Assembly (NCBI RefSeq): GCF_009914755.1
Contig: NC_060926.1
DNA length: 64,000 nucleotides
DNA from: the human T2T-CHM13v2.0 reference genome, Homo sapiens
Direction: 5' to 3' (one strand)
Positions within the stretch are counted from its first letter, which is position 1. The number at the start of each line of letters is the position of its first letter. The translations under genes were made by a program, and so were the position numbers. Of the stretch, positions 51,153-64,000 are shown piece by piece. Below the pieces are notes generated by a model. It worked only from the letters and a program-made list of their open reading frames with translations. It searched no databases and was not told the DNA's origin.

Positions 51153-51746
51153 CTGGAAAAAAATACAGCCAATTAAAATAGATAAACATTGTCACAATCT
51201 CATATTTGGACTCATGAAGCGTACAACAGTTAAAAAAGCAGACTTCTGGCAATTTCATTCACATTGCTATGTTAAATTAGCAAACAGTGAATCTTTAAAT
51301 ATAATTGTAAGGTAATATTTCCATGAGTAACTGTAGTTCTTGGTCAAAAAAGCGTAGCAGTTAATGTTTAAGTCATCCCTTTAATAAATGTTATAGGCAG
51401 ATAAAACTGAGTGACTTTAGGTGGTGGTTTTCAGTAACTGTTTGCTCTCATATTTGTATAAATGTGAAAGATTTCAGCAATTCTATTGTGCCAAAATTGT
51501 ACTGCAGTATTCTCAGGAAGAAGAATTAAATAATGCAACATAAAAAGTATTAGATCTATGAAAATAATTTCTTAATTTTCTGTGCTTTTTAAAAAACTAC
51601 AGTCACAAATCTCACATTGAATGCACACAAATATATCTTCATTTGCATGGCTCAAACAAAACCTGAGTATAGAATGCCATCTGAGATGCCTTAGTTTTAA
51701 AAGGATGCCTATAAATGAACTAAAATGAAATAAGAAATAAACTTAC

Positions 51747-51923
51747 GACCATCTTCACAAATGTTCTTGCATTCTTCCAGTGTCTCAAAATTGTTCATAT
51801 TGCCCAGGCATCCACCATACTTGAAACGTTCACACTGTTTTGTCTGATTGTTATAAAAATACCTGGTAATATAACCTCGACATATTCCAGGATCTTCTTC
51901 CAAAAAGCAGAAATCTGGCTTTT
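51747..51923 (-). CDS. TFPI: TFPI Kunitz-2 exon (177 nt; FXa-inhibitory, P1 Arg107)
   Basis: TTTCTAG|...|GTAAGT; (E)KPDFCFLEEDPGICRGYITRYFYNNQTKQCERFKYGGCLGNMNNFETLEECKNICEDG. Confidence 0.99.
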
Positions 51924-54900
51924 CTAGAAATTATAAAAATGTCAGAAAGCAATATTCTTTTGTGTAAATAAATTACTGATTTTAATAAAATTTATAAATA
52001 CCTGGCTAAGTTATTGAAGGAGTAAGCATAAAAATTAAAAAGTAAAAATCTAACTTTATCCATAAATATACACTATTAAAATTATCTACCATATTTTGGG
52101 ATTGGCATTTCAAATTCTAAATTTCTCATAGTAAATTAATAGGGAATTAACTGTCATTTTTTTACAAATTTAAGGAATAAAAGATTATTTTACCATGTAC
52201 CACTCTTGCTTTGAAATTACAAAACATTATGGCAAAAATGTGGTTTAATTATTTTTAATATGTTCATGTGTATTAACATTTAGGGAAGGTCTATGAACAT
52301 TTCAAGCTATTGAGGGTGGCTTCTCAGGAAAAGCATTGTAGTGCGTTGCTCCATTAAGAATGGTTTAAATTTTTAAAAGTTGAAAAAGAATATTTGAGGG
52401 GTAGGAAGTTTTCATGGCTAGCCTTAGAAGTTCCTGAATTCTTATGCGGGAATTAATATCTGTACTAGGTAGGACATCCTCTACTGCTGTGTCATTTTTA
52501 TTTTTTCCTTCTTCTTGTCATTGGAATGACTTCAATAATGCAGAGGCAGAAAGGAAATACATGTTCAAGGATTGGAGAGGCTTTTGCAAAAGACTAATAC
52601 TTCTTCTTTGATAGTGCTCCAAAGCAGGCTAAACACAGCTGTCATAAAAGTTGTGCCACTGTGATCTACATCACCAGCTCTGTCTACATGCATGCACTGT
52701 GAAAAGAAGTGAGCTAATTTTCAAAATTATTATGCTCACAGGCGTATTGGGCTTGAATTTTTAGAACAAAATTCCAATTTCTCAATTTTTTTCCTGCAAG
52801 TATATTACCATATTGGCAAAACTGAACTGTGGTAACCTTTTTTCATCTTAAAGCAACTTGTTCTTCTATGTCAGGGAAGCAATACCCACAAGTATTTTAC
52901 AATAAAAAAGAACATGTATTTAATAATGTTAATGATTTCTGCAACAGTTGCAGATCTGCAAAAGAACAAACTCCTTATTGAAAAGTTATTTTATTAAGTA
53001 AAACTTCCTACTATAATATAGTTTTAAAAGTCTATTTTCTGTAACTTTTCAATGTATTAATTTGAAAGTTAACTTTGTTTCTTCTGTATTGCCTCTTGAT
53101 CTTTCAAATGAATGTTTTTATGATTTTTAGTTAATTGTAATAATATGTGGGGGAAAGGAATAAAACAATTCTTTAAAATGTTACAACATTTTATAAGGTA
53201 AAAATACATTGAATTACTATCATATGATTTGTTTTAGTCTTAATGTGTACTTTTTATGAAATTTTAAATGATCTGAACAGAGGATACAAGAACTTTATGT
53301 TTGCCAAAAGTGGATGGAGGAAAAATATTGCATATAAAAAACATAAAGGTATAAAAAATTATGCTGATAAGTATAATTAAGAAATTATACATGTACATAA
53401 ATATATACACCTAATATGTACCCACAAAAATTAAAAATAAACAAACAAAACCACAACAAACAATAAACTGTACAACTGAAAGTTGTTATTTTTCATATGA
53501 AACTACATTGGGAAACATGAACTTATGTGAAGACAAAGTTGAAAATGGACACATGTAAAATAATTCTTTTTTTGGCCTGCAGTTTAAACTACAGTTGCAA
53601 ATCAAAAAATTAATTTCCCATTTTCTTCAGGTAAATAAATTAACCTTCTTATTGAATTTGCATACATAACCCTTGCTCTAAGTTGGTGCTCAGTTGCACT
53701 TGAGTAACACAGAATGCAGACTGGATAAGCTAAAGCATTATCACTGTCAACTTTTGTTTGGGCCTGAATACTTGGGAATTGTCTTGGACCAAACTTTCTT
53801 TCTAAGGGATTGTATTAAATCTCAAATCTCTTTATAATGGTCCAATGCTAGGAAGCATAATACAAAGTTCACTCGAAATTGATCAAGTCTTTGTTACAAA
53901 TAGGTGTTAACATGTAAGCATTTTTAACATTCATGTGAACACAGCTTTATTCTCTAACTTTCATATATAATATGAGATAAGAATGATTGAATTCTGAATT
54001 ATAAATATACACTTTATAGCATAATTTTACCTAAAAATAGTACCTGTATTTAATTTTTCTCTAATTTTATGTTTTTGGTAAAAGGTCCTAATATTTAAAG
54101 GTTGGTATTTTCTTTCACAAAAATATTTATTCTCCTTTGTAGACAAAAACTTCTTTATTATAAATATGCCATTTTGATATTACAGATAAGGCCTTCATTT
54201 AATTAAAGTACTAAACATTTTGGTCAAGATTATTTTAATATTTATAGGAATCTATTTTTTAAAATTGTAAGTACATTTAGTTATGTTTCTTGTACAAACT
54301 TTGCTATTATCTTTATTTTATACATTTTGATTCCAATTCTGGTCAGTGAATTGAGCCTAAAGATTATCAATGTGTCACAGAAATTTTCAACTCTTTCCCA
54401 CATAAATAAATCAAAATAAATAAAATTAAAATGCACTTTGAATTTTGTGGTCTTTCATGTTGCGGTCTTTCATGTCCTGAGTTAAACAATTTAATCTCTT
54501 TGTTCAATATTTTCTCATTGAAATGTAAATGCCATAACTGACAATTGGACCAAATCAGTTTCCAGGCCTTTATTAAAAGGACGTTGGTTTCCCTGATCCA
54601 TTGATAACATTTTTTCTTGTGCTGATATATTTGTGAAAAAGTAATTATTTTTAGCTAAAAACAATAAATGATATGATTTAAATTACACAATTAAACATAC
54701 ACATACATGCTAGATATTTATTTTTAAATATCTCTACTTACTTTTGCATGTATAACTGCTGACAACTCAGAGACATACATCCATTCAAGGGAATATTTGG
54801 TGAAACTTGCTAAAGCCACACAATGTTGATTAGATTAACAAGTGATTAGAGATCAGAGAAATAAAGTTAAGACTCAAAATATCTAAATCTCTATCTGGAA

Positions 54901-55272
54901 GGTGTTAAAATAGCATGTGTGGCTCTGGACTATGATTGAACTAAAACTAAATATCATACTACATTAGAATTAGAGTAAATACGGTGTTTGGAGCCTCCTC
55001 TGACAAATATAATGTATATATTTTCCTAATTTTTGATTATGTCCATTGAATCATGCAACAAATCATTTCAAAAATGACATGATCAATCTGTCATATGGGT
55101 TTATGATCAATCTCTTTTATGGATTTTTTTAAATCAATCTCAGAGAAACTTAAGAATTGAATATCTATACTGAATCAGGGACCAGAAAAAACAAACAAGC
55201 AAACAAACAAAAAATTGAATATCTAAATGCCTTACATAAATGCTTCAAATTTACAGACAAATAAATGTTCAC

Positions 55273-55311
55273 CTTGTTGCAATGTTGTCTTTATAATCCT
55301 GTTTGCATTAT
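55273..55311 (-). CDS. TFPI: TFPI K1-K2 linker mini-exon (39 nt); absent from the ORF track
   Basis: TTACAG|ATAATGCAAACAGGATTATAAAGACAACATTGCAACAAG|GTGAAC = (D)NANRIIKTTLQQ(E); joins K1 and K2 in frame. Confidence 0.97.
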
Positions 55312-57099
55312 CTGTAATCAAAAGAATATATGCATATCAATTGTCACAATTTATAAAGTAATACTATGAATTTGAATTTAACAAACAAGAGTGACATATT
55401 TATTACCATTAAAATTATTCTTATACAGAATGTCTTAATAAAAATTGAATTTCTTTTTCTTTTCTCTAAAAATTAATCTTTTCTATTTATTGTAACCATG
55501 AAGCCACTTCATTTCAATAGAGTAATGTTTTAGAAACTATGATAAAACTTTCTAACACACTTACAAAGCTGAGAATTCATAGTGACTATGTTTACTGTTC
55601 AGGATATCTATACTTAAAACAATTATTTTAAAAATGTGAAATATGAAAGTAATTCAAGCAGCCTACATTACATATAAAAATAATTTGTTAGATAACTGGG
55701 AATAAAAGTGAAATTAACCAGAATTATTTCCTTTCCTTATTCTTTCCCCTGCTTCGTTGTCTCAATCCAATTGCAAGTTTCATTATTATTACCAATGTAG
55801 AGAAGAAATGAAACAAAAGGCATCTGGGACACGTTGTTTGGTTTAACATTTGATTAACGGAATCATTTCCCTCTAAAACTGGAATGTTAGTTGTCTTTGT
55901 CCTACCATATTCCAAGTATGAATTCTAAGTTCTAATTTAAATGATAGGTAATGAAATTTAAACTGACAAAATAAATCTATGAAGTTTTAATTTGCTCGCA
56001 TAGACATTAGGAAAGTTGAGTGGTATTTATTTTGTTGTGGAATTATTTGTTTTGCAGAGAAAATCTTTGGTCAAAGCAGGTTAGCATTCGTTATATGACC
56101 AGAGAGATAGAAAGGGAGCGAGAGAGAGAAGGGAAGAAAGAATGAGAGAAATAATATGAATTGGGTTATAAGCCTCTTTCAGCAACTGCATCATCCTTTT
56201 TTTCTTGAAATAGTTAATTCTTCTATGGAGAGTAAAATGTCTATGAAAGTGAAACTAACGGACCCAAACTTCTTTTCTAATTGTACTATGTTTTATTCAA
56301 TAGCCTTTTAAAAAAAGAGGTGTGTGTGTGTGTGTATATGTATAGCTGTATCTATTGAGGTAAGTTTTTTGGTTTACTTTGTTTTCACTGCAACTAACCA
56401 ACTTCATATTAATGTTTTCAACTAGATTGTAGACTGTCATATAACCTGACATTAAAATATTTAGATATAAAACTAATATGATTTAATTGATAAGAAGAAA
56501 GAAATGTATACATATAATGAGTACATAAGACTAGAACACTAAGCAATTTTCATTCCTGATTTACCTATTGACAATAGTCATAAGATGGGAATATATAAAT
56601 GCTTGATTAATACAATTTTTAAAAGAACATCTATTTTGTTTGTTTACTGTTACATTGTAAATAGGATTAATTCAGGTAATATACATGCCAATTAACTCAA
56701 TGTGGTTTAGCACACTAGAATTTTAAGTGTATTTATATTACCAATAATTGTCTTTGAGGACTAATAATAATAACCTTGGACACGATAATTTGTATGGCAA
56801 TAGCAGTATGAAAGCGATTAATAGTTAGAAAAGATTTACAGCAAATTATCAAGTTTTCTTAGATTTAGACAGGACGAAGCATTTATCAATGCTTTTTAAG
56901 GAGCAATGAGAGAATGTTAGACTAATTTCCATTCTAGTACTCTTTTGAATTTCAATTTATATGAATTTGTTTTAATATTTCATTATGAATATTAAGATGT
57001 AAGACTGACAAGCAAAAATATCCCAAAATTTGCATTTGGTTGACACACATTGGCATATGATATTTATACCTCAAACTGACTTATTTATTTTTGCTTCTA

Positions 57100-58100
57100 A
57101 ATCCATTCAAAAGTGTGCCAGATGTAAATAATGATATTTTCTTCTGGGTGTGCAAGGAGAGTGTTAGATAAATACCAATTGTGTGAAGTTGGTAGAGAGT
57201 GTTGTTCAAATCTTTTATATCCTTAGTGATTGTTGTTTACTTTTTCTGTCAGTTACTGAAAAAAGGTGTCTTGAAGTATGTAAACTGAACTGAATAATTG
57301 TATACTCTCACTTCTGCCAACTTTTTCTTTAAAAATTTTGGAGTTTTGTAATTAGGACCATGCACATAGGAATTAAGGATTGTTGTGTCTTTTTTATTAA
57401 TGGACCCCCATTATAAATATCTTTCTTTCCACCAGGTAGTATTTTTTATCCTGTAGTCTACTTTTACTAATCATTCTTATGATTAGTGCTTACATATTAT
57501 ATCTTTTTCTATCCTTTCACTTTTAATCTCTCTGTCCTTATTTTTAAAGGGCCTTTCCTATAGACAACATGTAGTTAGTTCTTGATTTATTTTTGCATAC
57601 AGAGTGATAATATCTACCTTTTAACTGGCGTGACTGGACCATTAAATTTTAATTTAATCTAATTATCATTAAAGTTGAGTATAAATATCACTAGCAATTT
57701 GATTTCTGTTTCTCATTTCTTCTTTGTTTCTGTTTCCCTCTGTTCATGTCTTCTTTAGAATTACTGTAATTGAATATTTTAATAATAATTTCATCTTCAT
57801 TATGGGCCTATTTGTTATTTCTGCTTGTTTCATTTTTTTAATGGTTGCTTTAAGGATTATAATGTACTAATCCATTACAGTCTAGTGCCAAGTAATGTAT
57901 GTCATTGTCACCTGTAGAAACCTCAGAACTTTACAACAATAATCTCATATTTTTCTCCTTCCTTCCTGTGTGCTTTAATTCTAAATCCTTTAATACTAAT
58001 TGTACTGCTGCTCTACCAGGAATAAATTTCCCCAGATAATGCTGATTTGAAAAGCCCTTATTTTAAGAAGTAGATTACTGATTGGCACTTTTTTTCTCTT
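57100..58100 (-). mobile_element. Old L1M (ME/MC-type) fragments
   Basis: T-rich antisense L1 ORF motifs ('ttgttcaaatcttttatatcctt', 'tatagacaacatgtagttag'); boundaries approximate. Confidence 0.65.
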
Positions 58101-58109
58101 TCAGTTCTT

Positions 58110-59469
58110 TGTTTTTTCTTTTTAAAAATTTATTTCTTTTTTATTTTCATAGATTTAGGGGCTAGAAGTACGATTTTGTTATGTGGTTATATTGCATAGT
58201 GGTGAAGTGGATTTTAGTGTAACCATAACCCAAATAGTGTCCATTGTACCCATTAGATAGTTTCTCATTCCCCAGTTCCCTTTCATCCTCCCATCTTCCT
58301 GAGTGTCCATTGTCTATTATTCTACTATGCCCACATGTATGCACTATTTACCCCCCACTTATAAATTAGAACATGTGGTATTTGAATTTCTGTTTCTGAG
58401 TTATTTCACTTAAGATAATAGCCTCCAGTTCCATCCATGCTGCTATAAAAGACATGATTTTATTTTTAATGGCTGAGTAGTACTCCATGGAGTATATGTG
58501 TATATATAAATATCACATTTTATTTACCCAATCATCTGTTAATAGACACTTACGTTGATTTTATATCTTTGCTACTGTAAATAGTGCTGTGCTAAACATA
58601 CAAGTACAGTTATCTTTCTGATATAATGATGTATTTGCTTTTGGGTAGACAGCCAGTAGTGGGATTGCTGGAACAAATGGTAGTTCTATTTTTTAGGTCT
58701 TTGGGAAATCTCCATACTGTTTTCCATACAGGTTATACTAATTTACATTTCCAGCAACAATTTATAAGCATTCTTTTTTCTCCTAATCTTCAACATCTGT
58801 TATTTTTTGACTTTTTAATAGTAGCCATTCTGACTGGTATAATATGGTATCTCATTGTGGTTTTAATTTGCATTTGTCTGATGATTAGTGATTTTCAGCA
58901 TTTTTTCATATGCTTGTTGGTTGTGTATATGTTTCTTTTGAAAAATACCTTTTCATGTCCTTTGTCCATTTTTTAAATGGTTTGTTATTTTCTTGTTGAA
59001 TTGTTTGAGTTACATGTACATTTTAGATATTAGTCTTTTGTCCAATACACAGTTTGCAAATATTTTTCTCATTCCTTAGGTTATCTGTTCACTCTGATAC
59101 TTCTTTGGCTGTGCAGAACATTTTTAATTTAAGTTACTTGTGGATCAACTTCAATTTAACTCTCATTTGGCTATTTTTGTTTCTCTTGCATTTGCTTTTG
59201 AGGATTTAGTCATAAATTCTTTGCCTAGGTCAATATGTAGGAGGGTTTTTCCCAGATTTTCCTCTAGAATTATTATAGTTTCAGGTTTTACATTTAAGTC
59301 ATTAATCTATTTTGAGTTCATTTTTGTATAAGGCAAGAGACATTATTCCAGTTTTATTCTTCTGCATATGATTATCCAATTTCTCAACACCATTTATTGA
59401 ATAGAGTGCCCATTCACCACTGTGTGTTTTTGTTGATTTTGTCAAAGAACAGTTGGCTGTAAATAAGTG
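58110..59469 (-). mobile_element. L1PB-type 3' end plus late ORF2, 5'-truncated at the THE1 junction
   Basis: Antisense L1 3'UTR/ORF2 motifs ('tctcattgtggttttaatttgcatt', 'ccagttccatccatg'); T-rich tail near 58110-58145. Confidence 0.88.
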
Positions 59470-59471
59470 TT

Positions 59472-59880
59472 ACAACCAGGATGGAGGCTGTACCCTGCAA
59501 AGTCACAAGGGCAGAGCTGCCCAAGACCATGGGAGCCCACCTCTTGCATCAGCGTGACCTGGATATGAGACATGGAGTCAAAGGAGATCATTTTGGAGCT
59601 TTAGGATTTGACTGCCCTGCTGGATTTTGGACTTCCATGGGGCCTGTAGACCCTTTGTTTTGGCCAGTTTCTCCCATTTGGAACAGCTGTATTTACCCAA
59701 TGCCTGTACCCCCATTGTATCTAGGAAGTAACTAACTTGCTTTTGATTTTACAAGCTCCTAGGCAGAAGGGACTTGCCTTGTCTCAGATGAGACATTGGA
59801 CTGTGGACTTCTGAGTTAATGCTGAAATGAGTTAAGAATTTGGGGGACTATTGGGAAGGCATGATCAGTTTTGAAATGTG
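59472..59880 (+). mobile_element. THE1-int distal segment, inverted relative to the rest of the element
   Basis: 'ctgtaccctgcaaag...gggaaggcatgatcagttttgaaatgtg' is the pre-PPT end of the MaLR internal region in sense orientation on +. Confidence 0.85.
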
Positions 59881-61232
59881 CAAGTGCATGGTGCAAGCTG
59901 TCAATGGATCTACCATTCTGTGGCCTGGAGTATGGTGGCTTTCTTCTCACAGCTCCACTAGGCAGTGCCCCAGTAGGGAATCTGTGTCGGGGGTCTGACT
60001 CTACATTTCCCTTCTGCACTGCTCTAGCAGAGGTTCTCCATGAGAGCCCCACCCATGCAGCAAACTTTTATCTGCGCATCCAGGCATTTCCATACATCTT
60101 CTGAAATCTAGATGTAGGTTCCCAAACCTCAATTCTTGACTTCGGTATACTCTCAGGCTCAATACCATGTGGAAGTTGCCAAGGCTCGAGGCTTGCACCC
60201 TCTGAAGCTCTGGCCCTAGCTCTACGTTGACCCCTTTCAATCATGGCTGGAGTGGCTGGGACACAGGGCACGAAGTCCCTAGACTGCACACAGCATGAGG
60301 ACCCTGGGCCGGGTCCAGGAAACCACTTTTTCCTCCTAAGCCTCCAGGCCTGTGATGGGAAGAGCTGGCACAAATGTCTCACATGCCCTAGAGATATTTT
60401 CCCCATTTTCCTGGTGATTAACATTCAGATCCTTGTTACTTATGCAAATTTCTGCAGCTGGCTTGAATTTTTCCTCAGAGAATGTAATTTTCTTTTCACT
60501 TGCATTGTCAAGCTGCAAATTTTCCATACTTTTATGCTCTGTTTCTCTTTTGAAACTGAATGCCTTTAACAGCACCTAAACCCCCCTTGAATGCTTTGGT
60601 GCTTAGAAATTTATTCTGTCAATTACTCTACATCATTTCTTCAAGTTCAACATTCCACGAATCTCTAGGGCAGGGGCAAAATGCTGCCAGTCTCTTTGCT
60701 AAAACATAATGAGAGTCAGCTTTGCTCAACTTCCCAAAAAGTTCCTCATCTCTATCTGAGACCACCTCAGGCTGGACCTTATCGTTCATATCACTATCAG
60801 CATTTTTGTCAAAGCCTTTCAACAAGTCTCTTGGAAGTTCCAAACTTTCCAACATTTTCCTGTCTTCTTCTGAGCCCTCCAAACTGTTGCAACCTCTGCC
60901 TGTTACCCAGTTCCAAAGTCACTTCCACATTTTCAGGTATCTTTCCAGCAACACCCCATTCTACTGGTACCAATTTACTGTGAGCAAGTCACATCTTACA
61001 TGGATAGCGGCAGGCAAAGAGAGAGCTTATGCAGAGAAACTCCTGTTTGTTAAAACCATAAGATCATGTGAGACCCATTCACTACCACGATAATAGCATG
61101 GGAAAGACCACCTTCCCCCCCGCCCCATCCCCCATGATTCAATCATTTCCCACCAGTCCCTCCCACAACATATGGGAATTATGGGAGCTACAAGATGATA
61201 TTTGGGTAGGGACACAGAGTGAAACCATATAA
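59881..61232 (-). mobile_element. THE1D-like internal region (59881-60978) plus one internally deleted LTR (60979-61232)
   Basis: Minus-strand degenerate MaLR ORF (MEGSEEDRKM...); int/LTR junction 'ggtaccaatttac|tgt'; LTR end 'gacacagagtgaaaccatataa'. Confidence 0.88.
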
Positions 61233-61665
61233 CACACATTGTTAGAAAAACCACAACCACTTCTGCTTTCTAATCTCTAATAGCCATCTCCTCTTTTCAG
61301 AGAGACCACCATGCTGTACTTGGGTTTCTTTCATGTAATGGTGGTTCTGAATGCCTTCACACAGGAAGCAGGGGAGACTGCAGGGCTCATCTTATGTATT
61401 TACCTTCTCCCAGAGGTCACAATCCTGCACTGCCTTTTGTTCAATGCTTGCAAACAGTAGTTTTTTACATTTTGTCCAGTTTTATAGTTCTTTATGTTGG
61501 GGAGAGAAAGTCTTGTTCTATTTATCCATCATGGCTGCCGATTAAATTCTCTCCTTAGGTGCGTTTTTAAAAGTCTAGCCATATTTTTTCCATATACCAG
61601 TTATATCCTTATCAGTAGTCTGCTGTATAAAACACTCAGACATTCATACAATAATTGCAAGTGAC

Positions 61666-61959
61666 TTTTCTTTTTTTTTCATGGAGTCTTCCTCTGTTGC
61701 ACAGCTAGAGTGCAGTGGTGCAATCTTGGCTCACTGCAACGTCTGGCTCCTGGTTTTAAGCAATTCTCCTGTCTCAGCCTCCTGAGTAGCTGGGACTACA
61801 GGCACATGCCACCATACCCAGCTAATTTTTGTATTTTTAGTAGGGACGGAGTTTCACCATATTGGTGAGGCTGGTCTAAAATTCCTGACCTTAGGTGATC
61901 CACCCACCTCAGCCTCCCAAAGTGCTGGGATTACAGGTGTGAGCCACTGCACCCAGCCT
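61666..61959 (-). mobile_element. AluS
   Basis: Antisense full Alu; TSD-like caagtga at 61658 and 61960. Confidence 0.93.
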
Positions 61960-63816
61960 CAAGTGAATTTTGATAGATAATGAGGAGATGGGGGTAAGAG
62001 AGTTACATTTACATGCTAGCCAGAAATGATATTTTAAATGATGATAAGCAAGGCTATCACTGATGAGCAAAATGATTACATTTCCCTAACCTTTAAAGAA
62101 AAGAGTAAGTTTTGCACAATGATAAACCATAAGACTTGAACTATACACATATATAAAAAGAACAGGTATATATTTCAGGAAAGAGGCCAGTTGATGAAAA
62201 TAAATAGCCTGCTAAATGAAAGAGTGGGGATTACAAAGAATGAGGCAACCAGGCTTCTAGCCAAGGTACTGACAACTAAGAATGATTTTCAACTCAACAC
62301 AAAAGGATACTTGGCCCAATATGTATGGAAGAAAATGGGGTATAGAAATCTGTGATGAATGGGAAAAGACCAAGCAATCACAAAAACCAAAAGCACCACT
62401 GAGGACCACTGAGCTGCCTAAACTGTGTTAGTAACATTCCTAGGGCATCTATGGAGAGGAAACAGAGAAATCAGTGCTGTGAGGTTAAAGAAATATATTC
62501 GTGTCTATTCTCTTCTTTCAGCTTGGGAGCATACAACTAAACATCTTACAGAGCCACAGAGGAGAGAAGTTCACTCTTTTCACCACATGGAAGTTTTCCC
62601 ACAGGCCAAGAGCACCATGATGCCAAGGCTGTTTAGTAAAAGCTATTTAGAAAGCAGTAACAGAGTGAGAATGCAGAGCTGCCTGATTTGCAAAAAACAA
62701 GACATCTAGTGTTACTAACCAGAGATATCATTTCTGTATCACCTCAATTGTATCCAACCAGCTCTACGAACATGCTATGGTAGAATATTGGTCTAGAAAC
62801 TAGGGAAATAAAAGCAACTCAACTTATTCTATCCCTTGAGTAACTTACAATTTGGAAGAATAGCCTGACATTAAAAAAAAAACATTCAAAATTTTGGTCA
62901 GTAATTATTTGTAATTTATCTTAGTGAGAAGATATAAAATCCCATACAATAAAGTAATTAGCAAAATTTGCAAAAATGTTAAATTTTAGTAGGATTAATG
63001 CAGAGTAAAAGTTTAATATAATATGACGTACTTTTGAAATTTATAACTTAGTAATATTAATATAAAACATTGGGTTTAGTAAAGTCCACAAGGGTCATCA
63101 GGGATGATTTTTCTTTTCTATGGTATTCTATTTTTATTTCCTGTAGTATTTTAAGGTTCCAATAATAAAAAAATCTTAAATTTCATATATAGTTCTACTA
63201 TTTTATGCAGCTTACAATTTTGTAATTAAGAGCCATAGAGCTTCAATTTCCAGATTCATGATCTTGAGAGAGTATAGCGATGAGACCATTGTGTTGACAA
63301 AGGAAAGACTAAGTCAATGTGACTAACAGTTTTTCTTCTGCCAACTGAGATTACAAGTCTGGGAGGCCGAATTACACCCACTTTATTTTAAAAATACTTC
63401 ACAATTCTTTGAACATGAGTTGAGGTTTTTTTCTTCTGTCTTTATTATGGATAAGAGTATAAGACAATAAATGGGGCCTCATATTTTATAATTCACTGAT
63501 ATGAAGAAAATGAAAAATGATAGTTGAACATGCAAGTTGACCGTACCTAAAATTTGATAATTTGCTTTAAAATGTCTCTCGGGCATATAGAGAGTTTCTG
63601 GTACCTATAAATGTGGGTATTTCATGGTACAATTCAGAATTATCATTTTCCTTAAATGTTTTTAGGATTCCCTGAAAGTCTAAAAATGTGGAAATAAAAG
63701 ATTCCTTGGAAATATTAAAACAGCATGAAATTACTTTTCTCCCTAAATTATCAAATCCATAATTAGACTCAATAGCCCTAAAGGGTCTTGAGTAATAAGG
63801 GTTCCCAGAAACCTAC

Positions 63817-64000
63817 CTCTTGTACACATTTTTTTGCACTCTTCCAGACTTTCAAATCGATTCTGATTTCCTTCACATCCCCCATATATAAATTCTTCGC
63901 ACTGTCGAGTGAAAATATTGAAGAAAAATCTTTTCATGATTGCTTTACATGGGCCATCATCCGCCTTGAATGCACAAAATGAATGCATAAGTTTCAGTGG
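63817..64000 (-). CDS. TFPI: TFPI Kunitz-1 exon (FVIIa/TF-inhibitory, P1 Lys36); 5' end outside the window
   Basis: PLKLMHSFCAFKADDGPCKAIMKRFFFNIFTRQCEEFIYGGCEGNQNRFESLEECKKMCTR; donor AGAG|GTAGGT. Confidence 0.99.

Noticed and set aside
51153-51258. In-frame upstream extension of the linker exon in the ORF track
   Set aside because: Intronic; the true exon starts at the polypyrimidine-AG acceptor at 51152
58626-58976. Hydrophobic 116-aa 'membrane protein' ORF
   Set aside because: Antisense translation of L1 ORF2
59481-61260. Dense cluster of ORFs on both strands
   Set aside because: Fragments of the degenerate MaLR internal ORF and its antisense
63788-63982. 64-aa plus-strand ORF antisense to the Kunitz-1 exon
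   Set aside because: Shadow ORF of a real coding exon with a non-ATG start

Overview
This is human (primate) genomic DNA, AT-rich and repeat-dense, recognisable as the TFPI-CALCRL locus on chr2q32.1. It is not prokaryotic, so most six-frame ORFs are spurious. On the minus strand it holds most TFPI coding exons: Kunitz-1 (cut by the window edge), a linker, Kunitz-2, a second linker, the TFPI-beta GPI terminal exon, Kunitz-3 and the basic TFPI-alpha C-terminal exon with a ~2.7 kb 3'UTR. About 16 kb further along the same strand lie the promoter, non-coding exon 1 and start of intron 1 of CALCRL. Alu, L1, L2, MIR, Tigger3, MaLR (MST, THE1D) and an ERV1 solo LTR fill the rest. I see no convincing wholly new biological system. 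The best leads are: a cryptic exon pair plus polyA signal in CALCRL intron 1; a solo LTR with a TATA-like box and strong splice donor facing TFPI antisense; repeated FOX:ETS motifs in the TFPI 3'UTR; an in-frame hydrophobic intronic tail after Kunitz-1; an internally inverted and deleted THE1D; and several template-switch or duplication scars. Repeat subfamily names come from remembered consensus sequences and need RepeatMasker confirmation.
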